Made by a program: the position numbers and the translations under genes. The notes below the pieces were generated by a model that did no database searches, was not told the origin of the DNA, and worked only from the letters and a program-made list of their open reading frames with translations. Positions 63,055 to 64,000 of a DNA stretch of 64,000 nt are shown piece by piece; positions within the stretch are counted from its first letter, which is position 1, and every line of letters starts with the position of its first letter. The stretch comes from an uncultured Chlamydiae bacterium (GTDB taxonomy: Bacteria; Chlamydiota; Chlamydiia; Chlamydiales; Parachlamydiaceae), in NCBI GenBank assembly GCA_963754655.1, contig CAVWGN010000001.1:1024001-1088000 (forward strand). The letters run 5' to 3'.

Positions 63055-63343
63055 AATGACCTCTCTTTGCTTGATTAATAGCCTACGCCTGGAAGCAGAT
63101 TATCATGTTTTTCACAGGTCACAGCCGGATTATTTGTTGTTGGAACAACTGAAAAATCATTTTCTGTCGGCATGCGGTAGCAACTTGTTAAACATACCCA
63201 GGAACAGACAATGAGTATTAAATTCGTAAAAATAAATTTGATAGAAACCATAAGTCATCCATGAGCTTGTTAATTTTTCACTCAATGGCGCAAGAATAGC
63301 GAGGGGAAGAAAAAATCGCAAGGTTAAGTTTAAAAAACGAGGA

Positions 63344-64000
63344 TTAGTCACGAGAATAGCAATGAAGACTATGGGAAGTTTGATAAAAATGAGCCCGTCC
63401 GAAACGAAACTGTTGGCTAAATAAATTTTTTAATTGAGTGAAATAAAATTTAATTTCTTTTTGATTAATTTTCTTTAGGTCTTGTGCTAGAAAGCCTGCA
63501 TACAGCTTAAAATAAAAATAAGTAAAAAGTTTTTGCAGTTCTTCCATGCTTAATGTCTGCATAATCTCTTCTAATTGCGTTTCGTCTAGTTCTTCTCCGC
63601 TGCTTTCTTCACCCAATAGATAAGATTTAAATTTAGCTAATACTTGATTGATTTCATGATTAGGTTGAGAATAAGAGCGATTCTTCACATAAGATTTTTT
63701 GGCTTGAGTGCTGCTCTCCTGCTCATCTAACTCAGATCCTGCCATAGAATCATGACCGAGAAGCTCATAAAGGTATTGGCGATCATACAAAACAATTTTT
63801 TGCAAAAAAATGGCAAATGTGGCAACAACTTCTAATTTTAACTCTGAATGATCAGGAGGATTCCCTAAAAAGTGATAAGTCTCTCTTTTGCCTAAATAAA
63901 AAATGGCATTTGAAGGTTCAATCTCTTCATAGGCTGTTAGATCCAAGTGATTAGTACTGAATTCTTCAAAAATTTTAGACCATAATACATAAGAAAGCAT
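63344..64000 (-). CDS. Hypothetical protein, 3' part (probably starts beyond the window)
   Basis: Open frame reaching the window edge. Confidence 0.55.
   Translation of the reverse strand: MLSYVLWSKIFEEFSTNHLDLTAYEEIEPSNAIFYLGKRETYHFLGNPPDHSELKLEVVATFAIFLQKIVLYDRQYLYELLGHDSMAGSELDEQESSTQAKKSYVKNRSYSQPNHEINQVLAKFKSYLLGEESSGEELDETQLEEIMQTLSMEELQKLFTYFYFKLYAGFLAQDLKKINQKEIKFYFTQLKNLFSQQFRFGRAHFYQTSHSLHCYSRD

Overview
AT-rich bacterial DNA, most likely from an environmental chlamydia (Parachlamydiaceae-like). This rests on a DUF1207 protein, an Mcsc/CT260-like chaperone next to dnaQ, and eukaryote-like effector genes. About 40% of the window is two tandem arrays (8.3-23.5 kb and 44.4-57.5 kb) of genes encoding an N-terminal F-box-like motif, a ~170-aa linker and 13-16 near-identical 25-aa DUF4116 repeats. 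There are 9 intact genes, 1 pseudogene and 1 3' remnant. Each repeat has two hypervariable residues (G-x-A-L-x-Y/F), repeat number varies between paralogs, and the paralogs are mosaics of one another. The spacers hold nested palindromic REP-like elements in several different TIR/TSD shells, ISAs1 and IS701 remnants, an intact IS481, and the C-terminal fragment of an IS200/RAYT-type Y1 transposase fused to the REP motif. Other candidate effectors are an AN1 zinc-finger protein, a membrane-anchored ART-like protein and two secreted kinase-like paralogs. Housekeeping genes include prs, pepN, galE, a TPP-riboswitch-controlled MFS transporter, PiT/DUF47, an NCS1-DUF917-hydantoinase operon, mgtA and dnaQ. 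All family assignments come from reading motifs by eye, not from database searches.
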